Positions 49,277 to 58,711 of a DNA stretch of 59,223 nt are shown here, piece by piece. The notes beneath the pieces are model-generated. The model was not told the DNA's origin and searched no databases. It saw only the letters and a list, made by a program, of their open reading frames with translations. Both the position numbers and the translations under genes were made by a program. Every line of letters begins with the position of its first letter. Positions within the stretch are counted from its first letter, which is position 1. This DNA is from an uncultured Solibacteraceae bacterium (GTDB taxonomy: Bacteria; Acidobacteriota; Vicinamibacteria; Vicinamibacterales; SCN-69-37): assembly GCA_964489685.1 (NCBI GenBank), contig CAZAZR010000006.1, positions 1 to 59,223 of the forward strand, read 5' to 3'.

Positions 49277-50829
49277 GGGTCGGAGGCCATCGTCGCGGCC
49301 TCGGCACGACGGCTCTTGCTCTCGCGTGCGCCGCACTGGCGGGATGCCAGGCCGCCGTGCCACGCCCGAGCGACGTGATCGTGGTGGCGATGACCAACTC
49401 GCCCACGAATTTCGATCCCGCAGTCGGACTCGACGAAGCCTCGCAGAAGATTCACCAGCTCCTCTTCAGTTCGCTGATGCGCATCGACGACTCGCTACGC
49501 GTGGTGCCGGATCTGGCGGTACGGCTCGACTGGCCTGACCCGCTCACCTACATCGCCGAACTCCCGACCGGCGTCCGGTTTCATGACGGCAGCGATCTGA
49601 CGGCCGACGATGTGGCATTTACGTTTCGGCGGTTCCTGGATCCGGCCTTTGTCTCAGGCCGCAAGGGCGCGTATCGCGGGCTGAAGTCGGTGGACGTCAT
49701 CGACCAGACCCACGTGGCCTTCCGTCTGCGTGAGCCGGCCGCGTCGTTTCCGATCAACCTTGTGATGGGGATCGTGCCCGAGGGTACGGGGACAGCCGCA
49801 GCCCGGCAGCCCGTGGGGAGCGGCCCGTACCAACTCGGCGAGTTCGTGCCCGATGACCGCACCACCCTCCGACCGTTCGCCGGGTACTACCGCGGCCAGC
49901 CGGCCAACGGCGGCCTCGTCCTGCGTGTGGTGCCCGACGAAACCATGCGCGGGCTCGAATTGCGTAAAGGCTCTGTCGATCTCGTCGTCAACGACCTGTC
50001 GCCCGACATCATCGATGGCCTCAGGAAAGAGCCCCATCTGCGCGTGAGCACGGCTCCGGGGACAGACTTCGCGTACCTGGGCTTCAACCTGCGTGATGCG
50101 CTCCTGCAGGATCGGCGGGTCAGGCTTGCGGTCGGCTATGCCATCGACCAGCGCGCCATCGTTGACCACCTCCGTCGGGGCCTGGCCAGCACCGCGATCG
50201 GCATCGTGCCCCCGATGTCATGGGCGTACGACAGCACCGCGTTCAGGTTCACCCGCGACCTCGACCGCGCCAGGGCACTGCTTGATGAAGCGGGGTACCG
50301 CGATCCTGATGGCGACGGGCCGCGGCCCCGCCTGCGGCTGAGTCTCAAGACCTCCACGGCCGAAGCGTACCGGTTGCAAGCCGCAGTGATTCAGCAGAAC
50401 CTCGCCGAGGTCGGGATTGCCCTCGACCTGCGATCGTACGAGTTCGCGACACTGTTCTCGGACGTCATCCGCGGCAACGTGCAACTCTACACGCTGCAGT
50501 GGGTGGGCGTGACCGACCCCGACATGCTGAGGCGCGTCTTTCATTCGTCGCAGATTCCCCCCGGCGGCTTCAACCGGGGGTATTACAAGAACAGCGACGT
50601 GGACCGCCTGATTGATGCCGCGTCTTCGGCCCTCGCCGAGGAAGACCGACGCCGGCTGTACGGCGAAGCGCAGCGGCGCATCGCTGAGGATGCGCCCTAC
50701 ATCAGCCTGTGGTACAAGACGAATGTTGCCGTGGCGCATGAGCGTTTATCGGGCATCGTGCTGTCGCCCACGGCTGAGTTCACCTTTCTCCAGCACGTCG
50801 GCGCGTCAGCCGGTGTGGTCCGTCCCTGA
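49273..50829 (+). CDS. ABC transporter substrate-binding lipoprotein, family 5 (peptide/nickel/opine type)
   Basis: Lipobox LAGC. Family-5 SBP pattern (FDPAV...LV..D......P.LA..W......Y.F.LR.GV.FHDG..LTA.DV.FTF). The ATG overlaps the mutS stop (ATGA). No permease or ATPase genes are adjacent. Confidence 0.8.
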   Translation: MRVGGHRRGLGTTALALACAALAGCQAAVPRPSDVIVVAMTNSPTNFDPAVGLDEASQKIHQLLFSSLMRIDDSLRVVPDLAVRLDWPDPLTYIAELPTGVRFHDGSDLTADDVAFTFRRFLDPAFVSGRKGAYRGLKSVDVIDQTHVAFRLREPAASFPINLVMGIVPEGTGTAAARQPVGSGPYQLGEFVPDDRTTLRPFAGYYRGQPANGGLVLRVVPDETMRGLELRKGSVDLVVNDLSPDIIDGLRKEPHLRVSTAPGTDFAYLGFNLRDALLQDRRVRLAVGYAIDQRAIVDHLRRGLASTAIGIVPPMSWAYDSTAFRFTRDLDRARALLDEAGYRDPDGDGPRPRLRLSLKTSTAEAYRLQAAVIQQNLAEVGIALDLRSYEFATLFSDVIRGNVQLYTLQWVGVTDPDMLRRVFHSSQIPPGGFNRGYYKNSDVDRLIDAASSALAEEDRRRLYGEAQRRIAEDAPYISLWYKTNVAVAHERLSGIVLSPTAEFTFLQHVGASAGVVRP

Positions 50830-50843
50830 TTCGGAGTGCCTTG

Positions 50844-51740
50844 ATGTCGTTTCCTGTTGACTACGATCACGCTCACCCACTGTGGTTCGGCGGCGCCATG
50901 CCCGTCGTCACCGACTACGACGACTCAGCGGCCATCATCCTGCCGGTGCCCCTCGACCGCACGACGTCGTATGTGCAGGGCACCCGCACCGGCCCACGCG
51001 AACTCATCGTGGCGTCGGCACAGGTCGAGCTGTGGGACGAAGAGCTGGGCGTGGACATCCACACGAGGGGCATTCACACGCTTCCAGAGATGGATCTCTC
51101 GCACGGCTCGATGGAAGGTGCGATGGCGCGCATTCATCGGACGGCCAGCGCCATCATGGACTCCGGCAAATTCCTGGTGACGCTTGGCGGCGAACATTCG
51201 ATCACGCCGCCGCTGGTGGCCGCCGCTGCCGCGCGGCACCCTGGCCTGACCGTCCTGCAGATCGACGCCCACGCGGACCTGCGCGACGGCTACCAGGGCG
51301 AACACAACAGCCACGCATCCGCCATGCGCCGGACGCTTGAGTCCGCTCCGGTGGTGCAGGTCGGCATCCGCAACATCTCGCAGGAGGAAGCCGAGGCCGT
51401 ACCGTCGTTGCAGACCACCATCTTCTACGACTGGAACATGCGCGACGATCCTGACTGGATGTCGCGGGTGCTCGATGCCCTCACAGGGCCGGTCTACCTG
51501 ACCATCGATCTCGACGGCCTCGAGCCTGGCCTGATGCCGGCCGTAGGCACACCTGAACCGGGTGGACTCGCGTGGCGTGAACTGATGACGCTCCTGCGCC
51601 GGGTGTTTGCCGAGCGCGAGGTGGTGGCGTGCGATGTGGTGGAACTGTGCCCCATCCCAGGAATGTGGTCACCCAATTTCGTGGCTGCCCGGCTGGTCTA
51701 CAAGCTGATCACGTACAAACTCGGACTGCCCGCGAAGTAA
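50844..51740 (+). CDS. speB: Agmatinase (arginase/ureohydrolase family)
   Basis: Metal-binding motifs LGGEHSIT, QIDAHADLRD and LTIDLDGLEP. ATG 50844 lies 7 nt after GGAG. Confidence 0.85.
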   Translation: MSFPVDYDHAHPLWFGGAMPVVTDYDDSAAIILPVPLDRTTSYVQGTRTGPRELIVASAQVELWDEELGVDIHTRGIHTLPEMDLSHGSMEGAMARIHRTASAIMDSGKFLVTLGGEHSITPPLVAAAAARHPGLTVLQIDAHADLRDGYQGEHNSHASAMRRTLESAPVVQVGIRNISQEEAEAVPSLQTTIFYDWNMRDDPDWMSRVLDALTGPVYLTIDLDGLEPGLMPAVGTPEPGGLAWRELMTLLRRVFAEREVVACDVVELCPIPGMWSPNFVAARLVYKLITYKLGLPAK

Positions 51741-51755
51741 ATCGCGAGACCGATG

Positions 51756-52337
51756 TCACGACCTTGGAGCGATCTGCCGGGCCCGGACGATAAACCGGTG
51801 TGGTGCCGAGCCGATGTACTTGAACGGGTAACAGGTGATGAGCGTGAGCGTGCTGCCGCCTGATGGCGCAAGCACCGACAGATCGTCGGGCGAGACTATC
51901 GTCACCTGTTCCACCGAATACGTCACGATGCCGTCGACGGTCGTGACCTCAATGACATCGCCCGACTGAATTCCCTCGAGCGGACGAAACACCGTATCCC
52001 GGTGACCGGCCAACGCCACGTTGCCGTCTTGTCCCATCCAGGGCGTGTCGGCCAGATGCCCCACGCCGCGTTGGAGGACCGACTCGTCCTCGCCCTCCCG
52101 GATGTCCGCCCTCAGGCCAAGCCGCGCGATATGAATCTGCCCGAGTGACTCCCCCGCCACGAGAGGTCGCCTTGCGGCCACCGGCTCGTTCAGCGTCGAG
52201 GCCGGAGGGTCAGGAAGCCGTGGGGGCTCCGACGGCGTGGCCTGCGCCACCACCAGGCCCACGTAGATCAACACAGCCAGTCCCACGACGATCGCCGCTG
52301 TGCCGAAGATGCGGACGACCCGGGTGAGACCAATCAT
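51756..52337 (-). CDS. Sortase-family cysteine transpeptidase, membrane anchored
   Basis: N-terminal TM (IFGTAAIVVGLAVLIYVGLVV). Catalytic His in VALAGHRDT, Cys in LTLITCYPF (TLxTC motif) and Arg in HRFIVRA. The ATG overlaps the upstream VWA stop (ATGA). Confidence 0.8.
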   Translation of the reverse strand: MIGLTRVVRIFGTAAIVVGLAVLIYVGLVVAQATPSEPPRLPDPPASTLNEPVAARRPLVAGESLGQIHIARLGLRADIREGEDESVLQRGVGHLADTPWMGQDGNVALAGHRDTVFRPLEGIQSGDVIEVTTVDGIVTYSVEQVTIVSPDDLSVLAPSGGSTLTLITCYPFKYIGSAPHRFIVRARQIAPRS

Positions 52338-53203
52338 TGAGGCGCCCTCGCCGTGTACCCGGCCCGGGTCCGCACCCGGAGCGTGACGCCGGTTGTGCTC
52401 ACAACCGATACCTTGACGGGATGAAACCCCCGGCCCTTGTGTGTCGTCGGTGCGAAGCCGATCGTGTACTGCGTGCGAAGGTCACGCGCAATGTCACTCA
52501 CCGCTCTGGAAATATCCGCCGGCGTGGCTGGAAAGTGCGCGAGCCCGCCGCTGTCGCGGCACAACCGCTTGAGCGCCTCCGGGTTCTCTTCCTGAGACTG
52601 CGCCCCGGTGAGGCCGATGCCGTAGATCACCGCCTGCGAGGCGCGTGCCAGGTCCCGCACCTGGCCGTATTTGAGCTCACTGGCATTGTCGCCACCGTCG
52701 GTCACGACGATCAGTGCCTTCCGGTCCGACCGGCCTGCCGGCAAGTGTCGCAGCCCCAGAGCGACTGCGTCATACAGCGCCGTCATCCCGGCAGGCGTCG
52801 CCGCATCGAGCGCTGCCGACAAGTCTGCGGCATCGCTCGTAAACAGTTGTCCGCCCGGCAACGGCTGCAGCAGGACGCGGTCGTTGAAGCCGACGACAAA
52901 CAGCTCGTCGTGCGTCCGGCCGGTGCCTGCGAACGCCGCAATGGCGGCGTTCACGGCTGACAGTTTGGCGCGCATGCTCTGGCTGTGATCAACGATCAGG
53001 CCAACGGTCAACGCGACCTCGCCGCTGCGAAAGAGTGTGATCGGTTGAAGCCGCCCGTCGTCGTACACGCGAAACTCAGCGGCCGTCAGTCCTGCCACAC
53101 TCGCTCCGCGCGTGTCGGTCACCGTGACCGGCAGGACGACCATCTCCGTGCGGACGGAGAAGGTCGCCTGCAGGGCAACGAACAGACAGACGGCGAGGCG
53201 CAT
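52334..53203 (-). CDS. Secreted von Willebrand factor A domain protein with VWFA-related N-terminal module
   Basis: Signal-like start. The N-terminal VVLPVTVTDTRGASVAGLTAAEFRVYDDGRLQPITLF module matches, as I recall it, the VWFA-related acidobacterial domain TIGR03436. MIDAS DxSxS is present as VDHSQSM, plus VVTDGGDN. There is no C-terminal sorting signal. Confidence 0.78.
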   Translation of the reverse strand: MRLAVCLFVALQATFSVRTEMVVLPVTVTDTRGASVAGLTAAEFRVYDDGRLQPITLFRSGEVALTVGLIVDHSQSMRAKLSAVNAAIAAFAGTGRTHDELFVVGFNDRVLLQPLPGGQLFTSDAADLSAALDAATPAGMTALYDAVALGLRHLPAGRSDRKALIVVTDGGDNASELKYGQVRDLARASQAVIYGIGLTGAQSQEENPEALKRLCRDSGGLAHFPATPADISRAVSDIARDLRTQYTIGFAPTTHKGRGFHPVKVSVVSTTGVTLRVRTRAGYTARAPQ

Positions 53204-53206
53204 ATC

Positions 53207-53902
53207 CTAGCGAGCCGTCGGCTGCGCCGAGAAGCGCCGGACCACCAAGCCGAACGCGAGCGTCACAAAACCGATGAGCGCCACCAGCGGGAGTGTGCTG
53301 GCCGTCTTCGGAAGCGCTCTGCGGACAGGCGTGACTGCCGGCGTGGGCTCCGGGCGCGTCGGCTCAACGACGGCGATCGGCGTCTCCTTGACGTCCGGCG
53401 TGACCGACACCACGTCTGCGGTCTTCATCGTGTCTGCGTTGGCGTCGGCATAAAACGAGTCGTCGACCGCCGGGACAATCACGTTCGATGTGGCGGCCAG
53501 CTGGCGGGCGCGCGTTCTCGGATAGACCATTTCCTGACCCACGGTCTGGCCGGGGTAGAACCACGCGCGAAGGGCCTGCGGCTGACCCGCAGCCACTTCG
53601 GCGAACTTGATGACCGTATCCGACGTTGGGGTCAGGCGGCGGTTGGGAACGGCCAGGACGAGGGCCACGATCTTCGTGCCAGCCTGGTCGAAGATCTGGA
53701 CGATGTGGCGGTTGGCCATGCTCTCGTTCAACTCGAACGTGTAGGTTCCCGCCGGGAGCACTTTTCCTGGCACTTCGACCGGCTGTGAGAAAGTCACGAC
53801 GGTTCGGTTGTTGAGATTGGTCTGCGCGCTGGCGGGTGACGCTGACACAGCGCCAACGAGCGCGAGGGCGAGGGCGATCGGAGCAAGTTTGTTTTTCATC
53901 AT
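53207..53902 (-). CDS. Secreted protein with a C-terminal LPKTAST sortase sorting signal (putative sortase substrate)
   Basis: Signal peptide MMKNKLAPIALALALVGAVSASPASA, a beta-rich domain of about 120 aa, a Pro/Thr/Val-rich stalk, then LPKTAST plus the hydrophobic LPLVALIGFVTLAFGLVV plus the basic RRFS tail. Confidence 0.7.
   Translation of the reverse strand: MMKNKLAPIALALALVGAVSASPASAQTNLNNRTVVTFSQPVEVPGKVLPAGTYTFELNESMANRHIVQIFDQAGTKIVALVLAVPNRRLTPTSDTVIKFAEVAAGQPQALRAWFYPGQTVGQEMVYPRTRARQLAATSNVIVPAVDDSFYADANADTMKTADVVSVTPDVKETPIAVVEPTRPEPTPAVTPVRRALPKTASTLPLVALIGFVTLAFGLVVRRFSAQPTAR
53210..53314 (-). other. Tripartite cell-surface sorting signal (LPKTAST - TM helix - basic tail)
   Basis: The reverse complement of 53294-53314 reads ctt ccg aag acg gcc agc aca, which is L P K T A S T. 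The final 28 codons give a hydrophobic helix and RRFSAQPTAR. Confidence 0.7.
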
Positions 53903-54004
53903 GCCCCGAGCCTACGAGCCTTGCTCGACAACCCGCTGTACAGAAGGGCACATGCGGCGGGGACACGTCGGCGTCTTTGCGCCTCGTGTGATCGGTCGTG
54001 ACGG

Positions 54005-54727
54005 CTATCCGAGTCGGACGAGTTCCTGCCGGGCCTGCGAAACGTACTGCGACTCGGGGAACTCGTCGACCACGCGCTTATAGGTGGTCCGCGCCTCGGC
54101 GCTCTTGCCGGCCTTCTCGAAGGCGCGGCCCAACTGCATCAACACGCCGTCGATGGGCAACATACCGTCTCGATCCGCCGCGAGCGCCTCGAAGATGGCG
54201 ACGCCTTTGTCGGCCTGGCCGCTCGCGACGAGCACCTCGGCCTGGCCCATCTTCGACATCGGCTCGAAGATCGTGGCGCCCGCAGCGGCTGCCGCCGCCT
54301 GGAATCCCTTTTCCGCGTCGGCGAATCGGCCGAGTGCCATCAGCGCGGCGGCGTGGTGATACCGCGCGGCGACGGCTGCGCCGGTCGAGGGGTAGGTGTC
54401 GATGATCTTCTGGAAGGCCGCCACCGCCGCCTCGGCCCGCGCGGTCTGCGTCGGGTAGGTGCCGACCTGCTGGGTCGCGCCTGGCACGGTTGGAGCCGGC
54501 ACAATGGGCGCCTCATAGGTGGCCATCGCCGCGCCGAGGAGCGCCCCGGCCTGGTCGGACGTCCTGCCACGGAACCAGGAGTACCCGATTCCGGCGACGA
54601 TCAGCACCACGATGGCGATGGCGCCGAGCACCAATCGATCACGATGTGTCGCCACGACCTCGGTCACCCGCGCCACGCGGACGGCGAACTCATTGGTCTT
54701 CAGGTGGTGCCGTTCTCCTGACTTCAT
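54005..54727 (-). CDS. Membrane-anchored TPR protein (YfgM-like)
   Basis: Short cytoplasmic N-terminus, a single TM (LVLGAIAIVVLIVAGIGYSWF), then an Ala-rich TPR-like periplasmic domain. Confidence 0.6.
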   Translation of the reverse strand: MKSGERHHLKTNEFAVRVARVTEVVATHRDRLVLGAIAIVVLIVAGIGYSWFRGRTSDQAGALLGAAMATYEAPIVPAPTVPGATQQVGTYPTQTARAEAAVAAFQKIIDTYPSTGAAVAARYHHAAALMALGRFADAEKGFQAAAAAAGATIFEPMSKMGQAEVLVASGQADKGVAIFEALAADRDGMLPIDGVLMQLGRAFEKAGKSAEARTTYKRVVDEFPESQYVSQARQELVRLG

Positions 54728-54758
54728 CTCTCACTCTCCCACACAAGCCGACAATAAA

Positions 54759-54835
54759 TGGTGCGCCCGGCAAGATTCGAACTTGCGACCCCCGCCTTAG
54801 GAGGGCGATGCTCTATCCAGCTGAGCTACGGGCGC
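54759..54835 (-). tRNA. tRNA-Arg (anticodon CCT)
   Basis: The reverse complement folds as a cloverleaf: acceptor GCGCCCG/CGGGCGC, D-arm GCTC-AGCTGGATA-GAGC, anticodon stem-loop TCGCC-CTCCTAA-GGCGG, T-arm GCAAG-TTCGAAT-CTTGC, and an encoded CCA. Confidence 0.9.
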
Positions 54836-54846
54836 GTGACGTTTCG

Positions 54847-55362
54847 CTAATACGCGAGCACGGTATGCACAGTCTCGGTCGCTAACTTCGCGCGGCCGCC
54901 CAGCGCCACCAGTTCAATCAGGAACTGCACACCGATCACGTCGGCCCCCAGGCCGCGCACCAGTCCCACAGTCGCCGCGGCCGTGCCACCCGTGGCCAGC
55001 AAGTCATCAACGACCAGCACCTTCTGGCCGGGCGCAATGGCGTCCTCGTGAATCTCGAGCGCGTCGGTCCCGTACTCAAGGCTGTAGGACGCACGACGGG
55101 TCGCTGATGGCAGCTTGCCCAGTTTGCGGACCGGGGCGAATCCCGCCCCGAGCCGATCCGCCACAGCCGCCCCGAAGATAAATCCCCGGCTCTCGATGCC
55201 CACCACCAAATCAACCTTCTGCGCTTTGTAGGGCGCTGCCATGGCGTCCACAGACGCGCGGAAACCGGCGGGGTCCTTCATCAGGGTCGTAATGTCATAA
55301 AAGAGAATCCCCGGCTTTGGAAAGTCGGGTACATGACGAATACGGTCCTTGAGGGTGTCCAT
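54847..55362 (-). CDS. apt: Adenine phosphoribosyltransferase
   Basis: [15 protein letters not shown] and the PRPP loop [14 protein letters not shown]. Confidence 0.92.
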   Translation of the reverse strand: MDTLKDRIRHVPDFPKPGILFYDITTLMKDPAGFRASVDAMAAPYKAQKVDLVVGIESRGFIFGAAVADRLGAGFAPVRKLGKLPSATRRASYSLEYGTDALEIHEDAIAPGQKVLVVDDLLATGGTAAATVGLVRGLGADVIGVQFLIELVALGGRAKLATETVHTVLAY

Positions 55363-55378
55363 GCAAGAGATGAGTATC

Positions 55379-58300
55379 CTATTTCACCGTCACCGCGGGC
55401 AACCCGGCCTTGGTCGCCACGGCGTTGTAGGCCGCCACGTCTTTGGTGAGCACGGCCTGGATATCGGCGAACAGCTTGTTCGTTTCCGGCAGCAGATCGT
55501 TGTAGCGCTCGATAACCCCCTTCACCGGCCACCGCTCCGCTCCAGACGCGTTGCCGTAGAGCACGGTCCACTGGTTGTCGAGCCGCCCCGGGTAGTTCAA
55601 CCCGTCCTGACCACCTTCGCCCTGGATCTGCGTCAGCACACTTTCCACGCCGACGAGCTTGTCGGTCAACGTCTTGCCCGCTGCCGTGGCGGCTCCTGGG
55701 GTTTTGGCGTGTTCCGCCACCTGCCGCTTGACGTCACGGATCTTCGCGAGCTCGTCATACAACCGCTTCGTGGTCGCACCGATCTCGACCGTCATCTTGA
55801 ACTGCTCGTCGTACTGCGCCGCCGTTGCCGCCGGCGTGCGAGGGTCTGGCAGCAGGGTGAACGGCTGCGTGGCAGACCATGCACCAGACGTCACCTTCAC
55901 GGTGTACGTGCCAGGCTTGAGCTTCGGCCCCTGGCCACCGCCGATGCCCCATCCCACGATCCCTGGAGGTACGGTGTAGGGCGACGGCAGGCGCGGATTC
56001 CACGTCGCCGAATTCATGCCCTGGTACCCTGTCGCGGCGGCGCCCCCGCCAGGGCCGCCCCGCCCGCGGCCACCGCCTCCGCCTCCACCGCCGCGGTGGG
56101 TGCAGCACCCGCAGGCGGACGTGGGGCACGCGGCGGGCGCCGGACGATCACCCGGCTGCGCACTGGTCGTATACACCACCGTGCCGGCCGTGTCGGTCAC
56201 ACTGATCTCGACCGCCGCCCCCGGCTTCTCACGGAACCAATACTGGAACGTGGGCAACCGGCCGCCCTGACGGAATCCATCCTCAGGTGTGAAGAGCATC
56301 GCCGCCGGTGCGGTCGCCAGGCCCGCCGCCACTGACTGCACGGGCGCCAGATTGTCCATGATCCAGAAGCCCCGGCCCTGGGTGGTGACGACCAGGTCGT
56401 TGCGATAGACCATGATGTCGGTCACAGGAGTAATGGGCAGATTCTGCTGGAACCGCTGCCAGTTGGTGCCGTCGTTGAACGAGACATACAACCCGAACTC
56501 GGTCCCGGCGTAGAGCAAGCCCTTCTTCTTCGGGTCTTCAAAAATCGCCCGTGTGAAGTGCCAGTCTGGAATGCCATTGCGGCCATCCGCGATCCGTTTC
56601 CACGTGCGGCCGTAGTCGTCAGTCATGTAGAGGTACGGCGCAAAGTCCCCCATGCGATATCGCTGCATGGCCACGAACGCGCGGCCTGGCGAATGGTACG
56701 AGGGCGCGATTGCGTTGATGGTCCCTTCGGGCCAGTTGGCAGGCGTCACGTTATTCCACGACTTGCCGTTGTCGCGCGACACATGCACCAACCCGTCGTC
56801 GCTGCCAGCCCAGAGCAGACCGGGCGTCGTCGGCGATTCCTCAAACGCAAACACCGTGGCATACACCTCAACACCCGTGTTGTCGCGCGTAATGCCCTCG
56901 CCGCCCGAATACTGCTGGCGACGCTTGTCGTTGCGCGTCAGATCAGGGCTGATGACGTCCCAGTTCATGCCGCCGTCGCGGGTGCGGTGCACGACCTGCG
57001 ACGTTGTGTAGACCGTGTCAGGGGTGTGCGGCGAGATCAGAATCGGCGCGTTCCACTGAAAGCGGTACTTCATGTCCGCCGCCCGCTGTCCCGTCTGCGA
57101 GTCGCTGTACACACGCACCGATTCACTCAGACCCATCCGGGTATTCGTGCGCGAGATCGCGCCGCCGTAGTTGCCCGCATAGACGATGCCGTGATCGCGA
57201 GGATCCACCGCGATGTAGCCGCTCTCGCCGCCGCCGACGCCATAGGTGGCCTCATTGCCCTGACTTGGCACGGCAACGGTGCTGTTGTCCTGCTGCGCGC
57301 CGTACACCCAGTAGGGGTTCCGGTTATCAACCGTCAGGCGATAAATCTCTGACGTCGGCTGATTCTCCTGCTGCGACCAACCCTGACCGGTGGTGATCGC
57401 GCCGCCGCCGTCGTTGGCGACGATGATGATTGTGTTGTTGGTCGGGTTGATCCACATGTCGTGATAGTCGCTGTGCGACTGGATGCCGGCATTGCCAAAC
57501 GTCTTCCCACCGTCGGTGGACTTCGATGCACCGACGTTGAGACCGTAGACCGTATCCACGTCCACGGGATCGGCCACGATGTGCGTGTAGTACCAAGCGC
57601 GCTGCTGCTGAGCCCGGCCCTTGAAGCCCGGCGTCCAGGTAATGCCGCCGTCGTTCGAGATATACACGCCGCCCAGGTCGTTCCCCGCCTCCACCTGTGC
57701 ATAGACCCGGCGCGGATCTGCCGCGGAAATGGCCACGCCGATGCGGCCGACCATGACCTTGTCTGGCAGGCCGCCACCGAGTTTCGCCCAGGCGTCGCCG
57801 CCATTGGTGGTGCGGAACATGCCGCCCTCTGTGCTGCCCGACTCGATGGTCCACGGCTTGCGCTCGGTGGTCCACATCGCCGCAATCAGCACATCGGGGT
57901 TTTTCGGATCCATGGTCAGGTCAACGGCGCCGGTACGGTCGCTGATCGCATGCACCTGTTCCCACGTGGTACCGCCGTCCTTCGATCGGTAGACGCCCCG
58001 GTCTTTGCTGGGCGCAAACAAATTGCCCAGCACGGCGACGTAGACCAGATTCGGGTTGGTCGGGTGGATCCGCACGCGCCCGATGGTGCCGGCGCTGCGC
58101 AGGCCGATGTGGCGCCAGGTCTTACCGGCGTCTGTAGACTTATACATGCCCACGCCGGGGGAGACATTGCCGCGCGGACACGCCGACCCGGTGCCGACGT
58201 AGATGACGTTCGGGTCCGACAACGACACGTCGATGGCGCCAATCGACCCGGCTTCGAAGAAGCCGTCTGAAACATTCGTCCAGCTCTCACCCGAGTTCGT

Positions 58301-58558
58301 GGTCTGCCAGACGCCGCCGCCGGTCGAACCCATGTAAAAGAGCGATGGATTCGACGGCACACCGGCCACGGCGGTGGATCGGCCTCCGCGGCTGAACACC
58401 GTGAGATGTCGGAACTGCATCGTACTCAGGATCGCCGGGTCAACGGTGACGTTGGGGTCTGCGGCCTGCGGCGCACGCGCCAGCGGCGTGGCCACCACGG
58501 CGGTGAACACCAACGCTCCCAGAATCACACCTGCACCCGATTGCCAATTCTTCTTCAT
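55379..58558 (-). CDS. Secreted sortilin/VPS10-like BNR-repeat beta-propeller protein (glycoside-hydrolase-like)
   Basis: Many S.D.G.TW (BNR/Asp-box) repeats ([76 protein letters not shown]). Start at ATG 58558, 8 nt after AGGAGG, followed by a signal peptide. Confidence 0.75.
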   Translation of the reverse strand: MKKNWQSGAGVILGALVFTAVVATPLARAPQAADPNVTVDPAILSTMQFRHLTVFSRGGRSTAVAGVPSNPSLFYMGSTGGGVWQTTNSGESWTNVSDGFFEAGSIGAIDVSLSDPNVIYVGTGSACPRGNVSPGVGMYKSTDAGKTWRHIGLRSAGTIGRVRIHPTNPNLVYVAVLGNLFAPSKDRGVYRSKDGGTTWEQVHAISDRTGAVDLTMDPKNPDVLIAAMWTTERKPWTIESGSTEGGMFRTTNGGDAWAKLGGGLPDKVMVGRIGVAISAADPRRVYAQVEAGNDLGGVYISNDGGITWTPGFKGRAQQQRAWYYTHIVADPVDVDTVYGLNVGASKSTDGGKTFGNAGIQSHSDYHDMWINPTNNTIIIVANDGGGAITTGQGWSQQENQPTSEIYRLTVDNRNPYWVYGAQQDNSTVAVPSQGNEATYGVGGGESGYIAVDPRDHGIVYAGNYGGAISRTNTRMGLSESVRVYSDSQTGQRAADMKYRFQWNAPILISPHTPDTVYTTSQVVHRTRDGGMNWDVISPDLTRNDKRRQQYSGGEGITRDNTGVEVYATVFAFEESPTTPGLLWAGSDDGLVHVSRDNGKSWNNVTPANWPEGTINAIAPSYHSPGRAFVAMQRYRMGDFAPYLYMTDDYGRTWKRIADGRNGIPDWHFTRAIFEDPKKKGLLYAGTEFGLYVSFNDGTNWQRFQQNLPITPVTDIMVYRNDLVVTTQGRGFWIMDNLAPVQSVAAGLATAPAAMLFTPEDGFRQGGRLPTFQYWFREKPGAAVEISVTDTAGTVVYTTSAQPGDRPAPAACPTSACGCCTHRGGGGGGGGRGRGGPGGGAAATGYQGMNSATWNPRLPSPYTVPPGIVGWGIGGGQGPKLKPGTYTVKVTSGAWSATQPFTLLPDPRTPAATAAQYDEQFKMTVEIGATTKRLYDELAKIRDVKRQVAEHAKTPGAATAAGKTLTDKLVGVESVLTQIQGEGGQDGLNYPGRLDNQWTVLYGNASGAERWPVKGVIERYNDLLPETNKLFADIQAVLTKDVAAYNAVATKAGLPAVTVK
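56040..56097 (-). repeat. GC-only simple-sequence tract encoding a Gly/Arg run ([17 protein letters not shown])
   Basis: The plus strand reads gcgcccccgccagggccgccccgcccgcggccaccgcctccgcctccaccgccgcgg. It is in frame within the BNR gene and immediately C-terminal to the Cys-rich [12 protein letters not shown]. Confidence 0.7.
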
Positions 58559-58711
58559 CTGTCGTCCTCCTGGAACAGCCACCCACCGGTTCCGCGCCAT
58601 CGCGCGCCCAAATCGTGACCGTCCCGTTCAAAGAGTACCCGATTCAGCCGGCTTCACCAATACGCCCTCGGGGTGTGATGCCGGCGGCCGGCCGCAAGGG
58701 TGATACAACAG

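Noticed and set aside
47330-49363. 677-aa minus-strand ORF antisense to mutS. Similar long antisense ORFs occur at 8569-9582, 13790-14791, 20014-21288, 24502-25692, 27768-28808, 30415-31692, 35083-36141, 36600-37799, 38038-38967, 39133-39969 and 55349-56335.
   Set aside because: Each lies opposite a gene with strong family motifs and has biased low-complexity composition and no domain signature. They are treated as GC-driven shadow ORFs.
56040-56097. Frameshift or pseudogene in the BNR gene at the poly-G tract
   Set aside because: The reading frame stays open, and sensible family-like sequence ([10 protein letters not shown]..., PGTYTVKV...DPR) continues immediately after the tract. It is kept as an intact CDS.
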